A stretch of 37,327 bases of DNA from a virus (IMGVR_UViG_3300029886_000148), one strand, 5' to 3'. Shown: positions 1-10,544, counted from the stretch's first letter. Notes: generated by a model not told the origin, from the sequence alone. Translations and numbers: made by a program.

Positions 1-288
1 TCAATGGTTGGCGTCATTATCTTTTTCTCTTTCTGAACGTGAATATTGCGGTGGACGGTTCATCAGCTGTGGGGCAAGACGTTTTGCCACCTGAAGAATA
101 ACCACCACCGCAGCGGGAAGCATGAGCAAAACACCGAGAAAAATCATCAGAATCTGCACTTCTGGCCGAGAAAATGGCTCAGGCAGCGACAGGGAGCCGC
201 TTACCGACAGCAGCGCCACCGCCAGCAACATCATTCCGATAAATTCCAGTATCAACACGCTTTTAGGCAATTTACCGATCGCGCGCAT
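1..288 (-). CDS. ybjC: small inner-membrane protein YbjC-like (95 aa)
   Basis: Complete 95-aa ORF, hydrophobic, sits immediately upstream of grxA as in the E. coli ybjC-grxA-ybjM-ybjL neighbourhood (recalled from memory). Confidence 0.6.
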   Translation of the reverse strand: MRAIGKLPKSVLILEFIGMMLLAVALLSVSGSLSLPEPFSRPEVQILMIFLGVLLMLPAAVVVILQVAKRLAPQLMNRPPQYSRSEREKDNDANH

Positions 289-447
289 ACGCTTCCCTCT
301 GCAAAGTGAGCCTTCAGTCTAAAACTTTTCACTGTATTGTGTTTAACAGTTATAGCTTTTAGCAATTAATGCAACAGGTTAAACCTACTTTCAGCGAATT
401 CATTTTAGCGTGATCATTACAGGCATAAATCTATGAGGAGAGAAATA

Positions 448-705
448 ATGCAAACCGTTATTTTTGGTCGTCCGGGTTGCCCTTACTGTGTGCGTGCAAA
501 AGATCTGGCTGAGAAATTGAGCAATGAACGCGATGATTTTCAGTATCAGTATGTAGATATTCGTGCGGAAGGGATCACTAAAGAAGATCTACAACAAAAG
601 GCAGGTAAACCCGTAGAAACTGTGCCGCAGATTTTTGTCGATCAGCAACATATCGGCGGCTATACCGATTTTGCTGCATGGGTGAAAGAGAATCTGGACG
701 CCTGA
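448..705 (+). CDS. grxA: glutaredoxin 1
   Basis: Translation from the internal ATG (MQTVIFGRPGCPYCVRAK...) carries the CPYC active site and is an 85-aa glutaredoxin; GAGGAG RBS just upstream. The track ORF 433..705 has a 5-aa N-terminal extension. Confidence 0.9.
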   Translation: MQTVIFGRPGCPYCVRAKDLAEKLSNERDDFQYQYVDIRAEGITKEDLQQKAGKPVETVPQIFVDQQHIGGYTDFAAWVKENLDA

Positions 706-734
706 TCGTCTGACAAGCCCTCGCGTTGAGGGCT

Positions 735-1112
735 TTATTGATTTTTTCTGTGCTGTGGTTTAAACAAACTACTGATAAATAAGAAACACAATGCCCCCAG
801 CGCACACCAGAACACCGCACTTAATAACCATGCCAGCTCTTGCCAGAATGAGCGCGTCGGTGAAAAAAACAGCCGCATAATAAGCATTGAACAGGGTGCC
901 GCCAGCATTGCGCCAAACAGAGGTTTCAAGACTTCTCTACGCTGTGAAAAGAAGCTGGCAACTGCTCCAGGAAGAATGAAAAACAGCAAGCCGATTTCAG
1001 GATGCCCGGCAGCCCGAAAAGCGCCTTTCATGTGCGTCGCCAGAAAAAGACACACCACAATGAAGAGGACAAAACAGCAGATTGCCCCCGCCCAACGTTG
1101 TTTATGTTTCAC
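735..1112 (-). CDS. ybjM: inner-membrane protein YbjM-like (125 aa)
   Basis: 125-aa multi-TM hydrophobic ORF between grxA and ybjL, matching the size and position of E. coli ybjM. Confidence 0.65.
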   Translation of the reverse strand: MKHKQRWAGAICCFVLFIVVCLFLATHMKGAFRAAGHPEIGLLFFILPGAVASFFSQRREVLKPLFGAMLAAPCSMLIMRLFFSPTRSFWQELAWLLSAVFWCALGALCFLFISSLFKPQHRKNQ

Positions 1113-1381
1113 TCGTTCCTCCTGACACTGCGTCTATCGAACACATTTTTCGCCAGTGTGGCGTTCAGTAAGATAAAGCCGCTTCGCATTCCATGCTAAT
1201 ATAGGCCAACGCAATTCATATAGCCGTTGATACCTAATGTGATTACACTAGTAAAATATATTGTTACTTTACTATCGTTTAGGTGCGCTGAATGAATCTG
1301 CGCCCTGAATTCTGGTAAAAAACATTATCGTAAATTACCATTTCTTTCAACAGCTTACTAGTAAACAAGAAGTTAGCCTCC

Positions 1382-3067
1382 GTGAATATAAACGTCGCCG
1401 AATTGTTAAATGGGAATTACATTCTGTTATTATTTGTGGTCCTCGCGCTTGGGCTATGTCTCGGGAAATTACGACTTGGTTCGATCCAACTGGGTAATTC
1501 CATTGGCGTTTTAGTCGTATCGCTGTTATTAGGCCAACAACATTTCAGCATTAACACCGACGCGCTTAATCTTGGCTTTATGCTGTTTATTTTCTGCGTC
1601 GGGGTCGAAGCCGGACCGAACTTTTTTTCCATTTTTTTTCGCGATGGGAAAAATTACCTAATGTTAGCACTGGTGATGGTTGGCAGTGCGCTGGTGATCG
1701 CCTTAGGGTTAGGTAAGCTGTTTGGCTGGGATATTGGCCTGACGGCCGGTATGTTAGCAGGCTCTATGACGTCAACACCGGTTTTGGTCGGTGCTGGCGA
1801 TACACTGCGTCATTCCGGCATGGAAAGCAGGCAGCTCTCACTGGCACTGGATAATCTGAGCCTCGGGTATGCCTTAACCTATTTAATCGGTCTGGTGAGT
1901 TTGATTGTTGGTGCGCGTTACTTGCCGAAATTGCAGCATCAGGACTTACAGACCAGCGCCCAGCAAATCGCCCGCGAACGTGGCCTGGACACAGATGCCA
2001 ACCGTAAGGTTTATTTGCCGGTGATCCGCGCCTACCGCGTCGGCCCGGAGCTGGTAGCCTGGACCGACGGCAAAAATCTGCGTGAACTGGGTATTTATCG
2101 ACAAACCGGCTGCTACATTGAACGTATTCGGCGTAACGGGATTCTGGCAAATCCAGACGGTGATGCCGTGCTACAAATGGGCGATGAAATAGCGTTGGTA
2201 GGCTACCCCGACGCCCACGCCCGACTCGATCCCAGCTTCCGTAACGGCAAAGAAGTTTTCGATCGTGACCTTCTCGACATGCGTATCGTCACTGAAGAAG
2301 TGGTCGTTAAAAACCATAACGCTGTTGGCAAACGCCTGGCACAACTGAAGTTGACCGATCACGGTTGCTTCCTTAACCGCGTCATTCGTAGCCAGATTGA
2401 GATGCCGATTGATGACAACGTCGTGCTTAACAAAGGTGACGTTTTACAAGTCAGCGGCGATGCCCGCCGGGTAAAAACCATCGCCGATCGCATCGGCTTT
2501 ATCTCGATTCACAGCCAGGTCACTGACTTGCTGGCATTCTGCGCCTTCTTTGTTATTGGGCTGATGATCGGGATGATCACCTTCCAGTTCAGCACATTCA
2601 GTTTCGGCATGGGAAACGCTGCCGGGTTGTTATTCGCCGGAATTATGCTGGGCTTTATGCGTGCTAACCACCCGACCTTCGGTTACATTCCGCAGGGCGC
2701 ATTAAGCATGGTGAAGGAGTTCGGCTTGATGGTGTTTATGGCAGGCGTTGGTCTGAGCGCTGGTAGCGGTATTAATAACGGCCTGGGCGCGATTGGCGGT
2801 CAGATGTTGATTGCCGGATTGATTGTCAGTCTGGTGCCAGTGGTTATCTGCTTCTTGTTCGGTGCTTATGTATTGCGAATGAACCGCGCACTGTTGTTCG
2901 GCGCAATGATGGGCGCACGCACCTGCGCGCCGGCAATGGAGATCATCAGTGATACAGCTCGCAGTAATATCCCGGCGCTGGGCTATGCGGGCACTTACGC
3001 AATCGCCAACGTCCTGCTGACGCTGGCAGGGACAATCATCGTCATGGTATGGCCAGGATTAGGATAA
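1382..3067 (+). CDS. ybjL: putative transporter YbjL (AAE-family permease with two central TrkA-C/RCK_C domains)
   Basis: 561-aa ORF with GTG start; TM-rich N- and C-terminal halves flank a soluble central region; sequence matches my recollection of E. coli YbjL ([20 protein letters not shown]...). Confidence 0.85.
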
Positions 3068-3181
3068 AACTGAAGTTGCCCTGAAAATGAAATTTTTTTT
3101 GCACAACCGCAGAACTTTTCCGCAGGGCATCAGTCTTAATTAGTGCCACTGCTTTTCTTTGATGTCCCCATTTTGTGGAGC

Positions 3182-3224
3182 CCATCAACCCCGCCATTTC
3201 GGTTCAAGGTTGGTGGGTTTTTTG
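3182..3224 (+). terminator. possible rho-independent terminator downstream of ybjL / at the prophage junction
   Basis: Imperfect inverted repeat CCATCAACC...GGTTGGTGG followed by GTTTTTTG. The loop is long, so this is weak. Confidence 0.3.
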
Positions 3225-3303
3225 TTGCCTGAAATTTATGCTTTTTAAAATCATGATGTTAGAAGCACTGTTTTTTAACGATGGCGACAAAATGGCGGCA
3301 GCG

Positions 3304-3522
3304 TCAAAGAGAGAGCGCCACCTGTCCTGATTTCATTGGATGCGGCTGAACCGGATTTGACTCTTTTGGCGTTGCAATCGAACGAACAAAAGTTTCATGG
3401 GTAACAAAAGTATGGCTGCAGTTAATGTTCTGGCACTGGTTGTAACGCTCTTTGGTCAATGAAGATACCTGAAAACTGCTGCGAGTATGGGCGGCACTTC
3501 CACACAGTGGGCAAATCATCAT
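3304..3522 (-). CDS. ogr: late-gene transcription activator Ogr (C4 zinc finger)
   Basis: MMICPLCGSAAHTRSS...ERYNQCQNINCSHTF has the CxxC...CxxxxC pattern and length (~72 aa) of P2 Ogr. The track ORF (to 3555) has an 11-aa extension I consider unlikely. Position downstream of D matches P2. Confidence 0.85.
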   Translation of the reverse strand: MMICPLCGSAAHTRSSFQVSSLTKERYNQCQNINCSHTFVTHETFVRSIATPKESNPVQPHPMKSGQVALSL

Positions 3523-3612
3523 TTTTCGAGTTCTCCCCATTTTTGCTAAATTCACAATAATGATACCGCATTATTCCATTTTGCAAACTTAAAAGTTCTC
3601 CATTGCGAAGAA

Positions 3613-4713
3613 TCATTCCATTTCGAAATCATCAATCCTCACTTCAAGCTCCAGACTGGTCGTAAAACCGTTATCCGGGCTGACGGTATGTGTCAGAGTC
3701 GTAATGGTCCATTCCGCATCATCTATCGGCTGTTTAAAGCCGCTGACCTTCACCGGCATTTCCGTATAGAGATCAGCCCGCCCCTCAGCGAGCTGCAGGG
3801 AAAATGAAGCGACCCCACGCTGCAGACGTTCCCATTGCATTTTTGCTGCGCGCTCTGCATTGCTCCGGTTGGCATAAGTGCGATTAAGTACCAGCACGTT
3901 TTCATCCGTACCCACCAGGTAATCGCCCTGCTTCGCTTCCGGCTCTTTCTTCTGATTCTTCGTTCTGCGCTTACGCTTTACCGTAGTGCTTTCTTTCTTC
4001 GCGGGTTCGCGGGTATGCAACCAGCTGGCAATTACGCCCGTGTAGGCTCCGCGATCTGCCAGGGTAAAGCGGTGACTGTCGCCGTCCTTGCGTGTGATAG
4101 TGATCACCGGCAGTGGTTTACCGCTGGCGCTTTTACCCTGTCCCTGTCGGATGAATAACAGATTGCCATTTTTCACCGACGCAATAGCACCGTACTGGCG
4201 CGCCAACCGCATCAGAAAACTGCCGTCACTCTCATTGGTCTGGTCTATATGTTCCACGAGTTTATCTGACAGGTCTTTACCCAGTGCCATCTTCAGTTTG
4301 TGCCGCGCAGCTATTTCCTTCACCACTTCCCCAACGGTGGTCTTGTGCCACGACTTTTCACGGCGGGTATTCAGCGTTTCACGAAAATCAGCACTTCGCG
4401 CCCGGATAGTCAGGCGGTCCGGTGCGCCAGTGTGTTCAATCTCGTCCACCGTGAATGCCCCTTTCGGGAAAAGCGGCTGCCCCTTCCAGCCCAGCGCCAG
4501 CGTAATGACCGCACCACGGCGCGGCAGCACGATTTTTCCATCGGCGTCGTCCAGCTCCAGATCAAGCTGGTCCGCTTCAAATCCCCGGTTATCCGTCAGC
4601 GTCAGCCCCATCAGGCGGTTGTCCAGCACAGTGGTGATATCCCTGCCTTCAATACTGATGCTGAATGCCGGAGTTTTGTTGCCTTTGTTAAGCAGTTCAG
4701 AGCTGAAATTCAC
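3613..4713 (-). CDS. D: tail protein D (late control gene D)
   Basis: 366 aa; position between U and ogr and overall similarity to P2 gpD as recalled. Confidence 0.85.
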   Translation of the reverse strand: MNFSSELLNKGNKTPAFSISIEGRDITTVLDNRLMGLTLTDNRGFEADQLDLELDDADGKIVLPRRGAVITLALGWKGQPLFPKGAFTVDEIEHTGAPDRLTIRARSADFRETLNTRREKSWHKTTVGEVVKEIAARHKLKMALGKDLSDKLVEHIDQTNESDGSFLMRLARQYGAIASVKNGNLLFIRQGQGKSASGKPLPVITITRKDGDSHRFTLADRGAYTGVIASWLHTREPAKKESTTVKRKRRTKNQKKEPEAKQGDYLVGTDENVLVLNRTYANRSNAERAAKMQWERLQRGVASFSLQLAEGRADLYTEMPVKVSGFKQPIDDAEWTITTLTHTVSPDNGFTTSLELEVRIDDFEME

Positions 4714-5195
4714 GACAGAAGCCCTCCCACCGTTTTACTGATATCGCTTAAGGCAGATGTTGCCGTTCCCTGCAGATTATTCAGCTGCGCACTGAGATCA
4801 CCGAACATATCGGACAGGGATTCATCCACCCGTTTGAGCGACAGGGTGAACTCAATCCGGCGCGGTATACCGTCGCGGAAAAACTCCGTTTTAGTCTGAT
4901 TCAGTCCCTCAATCACATACATGCCATAAATCGTGCCGCTGCCTTCAATCAGGGGCCATGCTTTCCCCTGTTCTGCCATCTGCTCCAGTGCCAGCAACGA
5001 CAGCCTGCCACCTGTTATCTCCGGCATAAGAACACCGGAAAGCGTCAGCATGTCGTTGTCCGGTCCCAGAAACTGCGTGGACGGACGTCGGTTTACCCGG
5101 CTGTTTGCCGCATGTCGCCAGCTGCGTTGATACTGCAGCTCCTGATACGGCACGGTGCGCAGCATAAACACGTACAATCCCAGCACCATCATCAT
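4710..5195 (-). CDS. U: tail protein U
   Basis: 161 aa; overlaps D start by 4 nt; N-terminus MMVLGLYVFMLRTVPYQELQYQRSW resembles P2 gpU. Confidence 0.8.
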   Translation of the reverse strand: MMMVLGLYVFMLRTVPYQELQYQRSWRHAANSRVNRRPSTQFLGPDNDMLTLSGVLMPEITGGRLSLLALEQMAEQGKAWPLIEGSGTIYGMYVIEGLNQTKTEFFRDGIPRRIEFTLSLKRVDESLSDMFGDLSAQLNNLQGTATSALSDISKTVGGLLS

Positions 5196-8100
5196 GCGTC
5201 GTATCCCCCCTGATCGCTGTAGTTACTCCTGGCTTTTGCCTTCAGCCTGCGTTCACGTTCATCAAGCTGGCGGGCCACCTCCCGCGCAATATCCTGCGCA
5301 CTTTGTCCTGGCTGCGTCTGGATGATGATCTGCGTCGGTGCCTCAATCCTGTAAACGGGCGGCACAGTGGCTGCGCGACTCACAATTGCTTCTCCACCTT
5401 TCGCGGGAAGTGCCAAAGGGTGCAACGGTGGAAGCTCTGCTGGCGCGGCAGCAACGCCCATCATTCCGGCAACAACGGCAGCCAGTGCAGCTGTATTTCT
5501 CCGGCTGGTCACATTTGCCGGGCCGTTAACAATTTCCGGCCCGTTTTCACCGACGATGCCAAACTGCCCGCGCGGGATATAGCCGCCGCTGTCATACATC
5601 CCCGCAAAGCCATATCCCCATGACGGAAAACCACCCGATGGCATCATCACTTTACCGTCTGTATTCACCGTCGCAGGTTGCTGACGCGTCACACTTTCCG
5701 GTAGTTTCGCCTTTGCGGCCTCTTTACTGACAACGCCGAGTTTCTCCAGCAACCAGGAAACGCCGGATTTCAGGGAGTCCAGCGGATGCATGACCATATT
5801 CAGCCCTTCCGCCAGTGCCTCCCCGAATCGCCGCCCCATTGCCGCTGCACTCTGCAGTTCGGCAGAGGTCGACTTAACGGGCGTCAGCAGATCAGTAAAC
5901 CAGCCCCACAGCGCCTGTACTTTGTCGCCAATCCACTGGAACACGGGCTTAAGCGGTTCGAATGCTGCACTGACGGGACCTGCCGCCGCTTTGAATCCTT
6001 CCACCACGCCACCAAGAAATGCGGTGATGGGTTGCCAGTATTTCCAGACAACCAGCGCCACGCCCGCCAGTGCAGTAACCACAAGACCTATCGGACTGAG
6101 CAGAGCACCTAACAGACCAGATACGGCATACAGGGCAACGCGCAGCATCGCCAGTGGACCAGATGCCAGTACTCGCAGCTCCGTGCCTGCGGCGGCCAGT
6201 CCACCGCGCAGTACCGCCAGAGGATTCATAAACATCACAGCAACAGCACGTAAACCGGATAATCCAGACCGCAAAAGTGCAACCGGCGCACCTGCTACAG
6301 TTTTCAGGACATTTCCCGTCAGTGATGCCGTGCGGCGCAAAGACGACAACGGCGCAGTAAGTAAACCTGCGGCGTTGCCCGATGAAGCAAGCCCGCGTCG
6401 CAGCAGTGCCAGTGGTGCGCCAGCCAGCCAGGACAACGCGCTGCTGGTTCGGGTTACTGCTGCCGTAACGGAAGGTAACGTTTTGATACCCAGCACAGAG
6501 AACCCCAGACGGATCACTGCCAGCGGCCCCAGCACTGCAGCTAACACCACCGCTAAGGTGCCGAGGCCCACGGTAACCGCAGCCACAACAGCCGCTGCTT
6601 TCATCAGTGTGCCCGTCAGTTCCGGGTTAGCTTCCACCCAGCGACGCAACGCCCCCGTGACGCTTTTCACCGTGTACAGAATATCCATCAGCGGCTGGCG
6701 CAGCGTTTCACCCAGGCTGCTGAAGGTGTTCTGCGCTCCGGTTTTAACCAGCAACCACTGAGCAGAAAGTGAGTCCTTGTTGATGTCGGATTCTTTCTGC
6801 ATGGAACCGAGCGCATCATTGCCCGCTGTCAGCTTTAACTGGCGCTGCAGTTCCGGCAGGTTGTTTGCCAGTTTCGCCGCGTCATCGCCAAACTCTTTAC
6901 CAAACAACATGGTCATGGCAGACAGACGCTTGTCCTGCGGCAGTGCGTTCACCTTCTCCAGCACACGCTGGATAGTTCCCATCGCATCCTTCGTCATCTG
7001 CTTTTCAATCACTTCAGGATTGAGTTTCAGCAGATTCATCCCTTCAAAGAAACTCTTGCTTTGCATGGTGGCAATGGACAATTCACGCACCATCGCGTTT
7101 GCTGCACTGGCTGCAACCTCCGGCGCAGCGCCCAGTGTCAGAAAGGTGGAACCCAGTGCCGCCGCTTTACGATAATCCAGACGGTCAGCCACACCGCCCA
7201 GACGTTGCATCACATCAATGATGTCCGCCCCTTTCGACATGGCGTTATCATCCAGATAGTTCAGCGCATCGCCGAGCTGTTCAATATTGCGGGTAGGTAT
7301 TTTGTAGAGCTGGGCGATTTTCCCCAGGCTTTCTGACAGTTCATCCGCTGGCAGCTCAAAGGCTGTTGCCGCCTTTGCTGCCGTACTGGCGAAGGCCAGC
7401 AGGTCACGTTTCTGGTCTTCCCAGCTGTCGTCAGGGTTTGCGACGTTCATGCGCGCACCACCTTCAACCAGTGCAGCGAAGTCCACCGCACCGTTTTCCA
7501 TCGGCAACTGTTCGCTGGCAGCCTTGATGGCATCCTGCATTTCATAAAAACGTGCAGTACGGTTTCCATTATCGTCACGCAGACCATTGACCTGCTTTGC
7601 CACACCTTTCATGGCATCTTCTATGCTGGTATAGCTTTTTACTGCCGCCATCACTGGCGTCCCCATTGCCAGCCCTGCAGCCGTGGTAGTGGCTCCGGCT
7701 CCTGCAATACGATCGCGCACCTCCAGCGAACGGGCATAACTGGCACGCGCCGCATTCATCCTGCGCTGAGCTTCACCCAGTCGCTTCAGCCGCGCCTCCT
7801 GTTTCGACAATTCCTGGTTATAACGTGATGTTTCACGGGCTAAACGGGCAGTTGCTCCCGCATCATCTTTCGCAGAAATTCCCGCCCGGTACAGTTCTGC
7901 ACGCACAAGCGCCGTTTGCTTCTGCAAATATTTTTGCTGTTCTTCCAGGCGTTGGACTGCCAGCGTTTGCCGACCTAAAGCCACAAGGTGCCGTTGTGAT
8001 GGTTGTTCCATCGCCTCCAGCTCAGAGCTAAGCAAATTAGCCTTCTGTCTGGCATAGTTCAGCCTGTCGCCTAACTTCTTGTTATCAGCCTGCAGCTTGC

Positions 8101-8269
8101 GAAATTTTTCCAGGCTATTACCCGCCTGATTGAGTTGCTTTAATGCGTCACGGGAGTTTCTGATTGCGCCAGCCAGCTCTTTCGAACTGGCCTGTGCAAC
8201 ACGGAATGGGCGGGTGAGTTTGTCAACCGCATTAAGAATGACCTGCAGCCGCAGGTTGTTATCACTCAT
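5192..8269 (-). CDS. T: tail tape measure protein
   Basis: 1025 aa; coiled-coil-rich N-terminal half, Ala/Gly/Leu-rich repetitive middle, position after E/E'. Confidence 0.9.
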   Translation of the reverse strand: MSDNNLRLQVILNAVDKLTRPFRVAQASSKELAGAIRNSRDALKQLNQAGNSLEKFRKLQADNKKLGDRLNYARQKANLLSSELEAMEQPSQRHLVALGRQTLAVQRLEEQQKYLQKQTALVRAELYRAGISAKDDAGATARLARETSRYNQELSKQEARLKRLGEAQRRMNAARASYARSLEVRDRIAGAGATTTAAGLAMGTPVMAAVKSYTSIEDAMKGVAKQVNGLRDDNGNRTARFYEMQDAIKAASEQLPMENGAVDFAALVEGGARMNVANPDDSWEDQKRDLLAFASTAAKAATAFELPADELSESLGKIAQLYKIPTRNIEQLGDALNYLDDNAMSKGADIIDVMQRLGGVADRLDYRKAAALGSTFLTLGAAPEVAASAANAMVRELSIATMQSKSFFEGMNLLKLNPEVIEKQMTKDAMGTIQRVLEKVNALPQDKRLSAMTMLFGKEFGDDAAKLANNLPELQRQLKLTAGNDALGSMQKESDINKDSLSAQWLLVKTGAQNTFSSLGETLRQPLMDILYTVKSVTGALRRWVEANPELTGTLMKAAAVVAAVTVGLGTLAVVLAAVLGPLAVIRLGFSVLGIKTLPSVTAAVTRTSSALSWLAGAPLALLRRGLASSGNAAGLLTAPLSSLRRTASLTGNVLKTVAGAPVALLRSGLSGLRAVAVMFMNPLAVLRGGLAAAGTELRVLASGPLAMLRVALYAVSGLLGALLSPIGLVVTALAGVALVVWKYWQPITAFLGGVVEGFKAAAGPVSAAFEPLKPVFQWIGDKVQALWGWFTDLLTPVKSTSAELQSAAAMGRRFGEALAEGLNMVMHPLDSLKSGVSWLLEKLGVVSKEAAKAKLPESVTRQQPATVNTDGKVMMPSGGFPSWGYGFAGMYDSGGYIPRGQFGIVGENGPEIVNGPANVTSRRNTAALAAVVAGMMGVAAAPAELPPLHPLALPAKGGEAIVSRAATVPPVYRIEAPTQIIIQTQPGQSAQDIAREVARQLDERERRLKAKARSNYSDQGGYDA

Positions 8270-8698
8270 CGTTGGCCCCGCTTCTCTGAATCGCTTTATA
8301 CCGCCATTCCAGCACTTCGGTCAGCGGCATAACGTCAGTAACGGATGGCGGCCAGTGAAAAATGGTGGCGATGTCTGCCACCAGATCGTCAACCGTCAGG
8401 CTGTCGGTAAACCGGCAAGCACCGACTTCTTCAACAAAAAAGTGACAACCTCAACCGACATAGCGGTGAGATCTGCCGGGTCCATCTCTGCGATTTCCTG
8501 TGCAGTCAGTACCGGACTGGAAATGCGGGGGATCACGGTCATCATCGCGTTCACATCCATATCCATAATGGCCTGCAGGCGCGTGCCGCGCAGCGCACCG
8601 GACTGCGGCTTACGCAGCACAATTTCGGTGATTTCCGTTTTACCGCGCTTGATAGGGGTATCCAGTTGAATGGTCTTTTCAGTCTGCTTATCGCTCAT
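8262..8698 (-). CDS. E': tail assembly chaperone E+E' (product of programmed -1 frameshift)
   Basis: Hand translation of the -1 frame from the T-TTT-TTG slip site gives an open frame (VEEVGACRFTDSLTVDDLVAD...) terminating at UGA 8262..8264, overlapping the T start codon; total ~145 aa, as expected for P2 E+E'. Confidence 0.6.
8396..8698 (-). CDS. E: tail assembly chaperone E
   Basis: 100-aa ORF between FII and T; contains the slippery heptamer TTTTTTG (plus strand 8435..8441, CAAAAAA). Confidence 0.8.
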   Translation of the reverse strand: MSDKQTEKTIQLDTPIKRGKTEITEIVLRKPQSGALRGTRLQAIMDMDVNAMMTVIPRISSPVLTAQEIAEMDPADLTAMSVEVVTFLLKKSVLAGLPTA

Positions 8699-8752
8699 TT
8701 TGTTGTCCTGTAAATTGGGTTCTGGCGCGGTATCCCGCGCCGTTCAGATACA

Positions 8753-9268
8753 TCAGAGGCCGAGGGCGTTGCGGTGCGCTTCCATCAGGTCCACACCGTC
8801 CACAATTTCCACCATGTTGATAAGGTCCACTTCATAGAGCACCTCACCATTGATGGTCAGCTTCGCGTAGCTGTTGGTACTGGTCACTTTGGTGGTGTTG
8901 CTTTCGCCCGTCTTCCACTCGCCGGAATCCACTTCTCTGTGACGTCCACGCACCACAAGCTCCACGGCCTGCACTTCCCCGGTATCGTCACGCTGGATAG
9001 AGCCGGTAAAGCGCAACTGGATGCCATCCACCGTGGATTTGCCCATCTGCTTAAACAGCAGCAGTTCGGTACCACCAATGGAAAATTCTGTATCCAGTGC
9101 ACTGTCATCCAGTCCCAGATCCACATCCACCGCCCCCGGCATACCGCCGCCGCGATACTTCTCATATTTGCGGGTGAATTTCGGCAGCGTCAGCGACTCA
9201 ACGATTCCCTGCCAGTTGTTCCCGTCGTTAAACAGGTTCAGATGTTTTAATTTGCGTGGTAAAGCCAT
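8753..9268 (-). CDS. FII: tail tube protein FII
   Basis: 171 aa, immediately downstream of the sheath gene; matches the P2 gpFII size and position. Confidence 0.9.
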   Translation of the reverse strand: MALPRKLKHLNLFNDGNNWQGIVESLTLPKFTRKYEKYRGGGMPGAVDVDLGLDDSALDTEFSIGGTELLLFKQMGKSTVDGIQLRFTGSIQRDDTGEVQAVELVVRGRHREVDSGEWKTGESNTTKVTSTNSYAKLTINGEVLYEVDLINMVEIVDGVDLMEAHRNALGL

Positions 9269-9277
9269 GTTGTCCCC

Positions 9278-10450
9278 TTACGCGCTGACCTGGCTGGCGA
9301 AATTCACCAGGTACTGATCGGTGATGCGCTGGCGCAGCATCAGATTTTCAAGTGGCGGCACTGGCGTGTAGTCGTAGTCGATGGTGAGTTTTCCGGCTTT
9401 AAGCGTGTCTTTGTCGTTCACCGACTCGTCCAGCCAGCAATCACCACCAATGAGATAGCCCTGACTGACCAGGCTGCGCATTTTGGCGCGGATACCTTCG
9501 ATAATGTCGCGGGCCAGCGACGGGTTCAGCGGTTTGTCCACCGCCCACATGTGTGCTTCTGCCATCGTGTCCGTCAGCACCTGCGCCGTGCGGGTGTAAT
9601 TTTCGAAGGCAAAGAGCGAGTCATCACTCAGGCAGCGGGAACCCCAGAAGCGGAAACCGTCTTTACGCACAAGCGTGGTGACGTCGTTCTGGTTCAGCAG
9701 ACCTGCATCGGTTGCCGGGTCCTGCAGATCCCAGAACACATCTGCAGAAATTCCGGTGACACCGTTCACGCCCACGTTGGACAGGCTTTTGTGCCACCCG
9801 GTCTGCTCATCAATTTTGGCACGCAGACCAAGCGCACGGGCGGTGGCATATGCCGTTGCTTCGGCATTCAGCACCGTGTCCCAGCCAGTAAAGTCGGGCC
9901 AGATCAGCATTCCTTCGCGCTGGCTGAAGTTTTCACGGTAAGTGATCGCCTCCTGCACCGTCTTGCAGCCATACGCTGACAGGTAAGCAAACCCACGCAG
10001 GCTTTGCGCCACACTCAGCAACTCAGTAGCAACGGCTTTGTTATCGTGACCTGGCACGCCGAGAATGCGCGGTTTAACGCCGAGCTGTGTCTGGGCAGAT
10101 AACAGTGCTTTCATGCCTGTTTTTTTACCTTCAGCAGTCACTGCACCGATGATATTGGTCGTGGTTTCTTCTTCCGTTTCACCCTGCGGCACACGCACAA
10201 CAACGGTCACGGGTTTTGCCTGGTCAGAGATGGCATCCAGCGAACGGGCCAGCGTGCCGGACTCACCCGCTTTACCGCTGGCAGTCAGCACGTCAGTGAT
10301 CAGTACGGGTTTATTAAGAGGAAACATTTTTGCATCGGCATCATCGCCCGTGCAGACCATACCCACGATGGCGGTGCTCACCGTGGTAATGGATCGGGTG
10401 CCTTCGTTGACTTCAACAACGCGCACCCCGTGGTGGTAATCCTGAGCCAT
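9278..10450 (-). CDS. FI: contractile tail sheath protein FI
   Basis: 390 aa; size and position match P2 gpFI. Confidence 0.9.
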   Translation of the reverse strand: MAQDYHHGVRVVEVNEGTRSITTVSTAIVGMVCTGDDADAKMFPLNKPVLITDVLTASGKAGESGTLARSLDAISDQAKPVTVVVRVPQGETEEETTTNIIGAVTAEGKKTGMKALLSAQTQLGVKPRILGVPGHDNKAVATELLSVAQSLRGFAYLSAYGCKTVQEAITYRENFSQREGMLIWPDFTGWDTVLNAEATAYATARALGLRAKIDEQTGWHKSLSNVGVNGVTGISADVFWDLQDPATDAGLLNQNDVTTLVRKDGFRFWGSRCLSDDSLFAFENYTRTAQVLTDTMAEAHMWAVDKPLNPSLARDIIEGIRAKMRSLVSQGYLIGGDCWLDESVNDKDTLKAGKLTIDYDYTPVPPLENLMLRQRITDQYLVNFASQVSA

Positions 10451-10526
10451 AGTGGCGAACCTCCTGATTGGATTAGGCTTCGCCCTATGTTGAAGTGATT
10501 GTGCCTGACAAACAGCTAAGCGCAGT

Positions 10527-10544
10527 TGTACCGTTATTCATACA
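10527..10544 (-). promoter_or_regulatory. putative Ogr-binding dyad (TGT-N12-ACA) of the FI late promoter
   Basis: TGTACCGTTATTCATACA lies ~80 bp upstream of the FI start codon; P2 late promoters carry a TGT-N12-ACA element near -55 (established knowledge). The match is to the dyad pattern only. Confidence 0.45.

Noticed and set aside
4088-4899. Plus-strand ORFs of 217 and 199 aa
   Set aside because: Antisense to tail genes D and U, which have good synteny and coupling; no RBS support.
5790-6761. 323-aa plus-strand ORF (Ala/Pro/Thr/Ser-rich) and several shorter plus-strand ORFs (5303..5623, 5786..6112, 6777..7175, 7061..7336)
   Set aside because: All lie antisense inside the tape measure gene T; their composition reflects the GC-rich repeat region, and they have no start context. 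Judged to be frame artefacts.
8130-8669. 179-aa plus-strand ORF spanning the E/T junction
   Set aside because: Antisense to E and E'; the minus-strand frameshift reading is fully consistent and explains the region.
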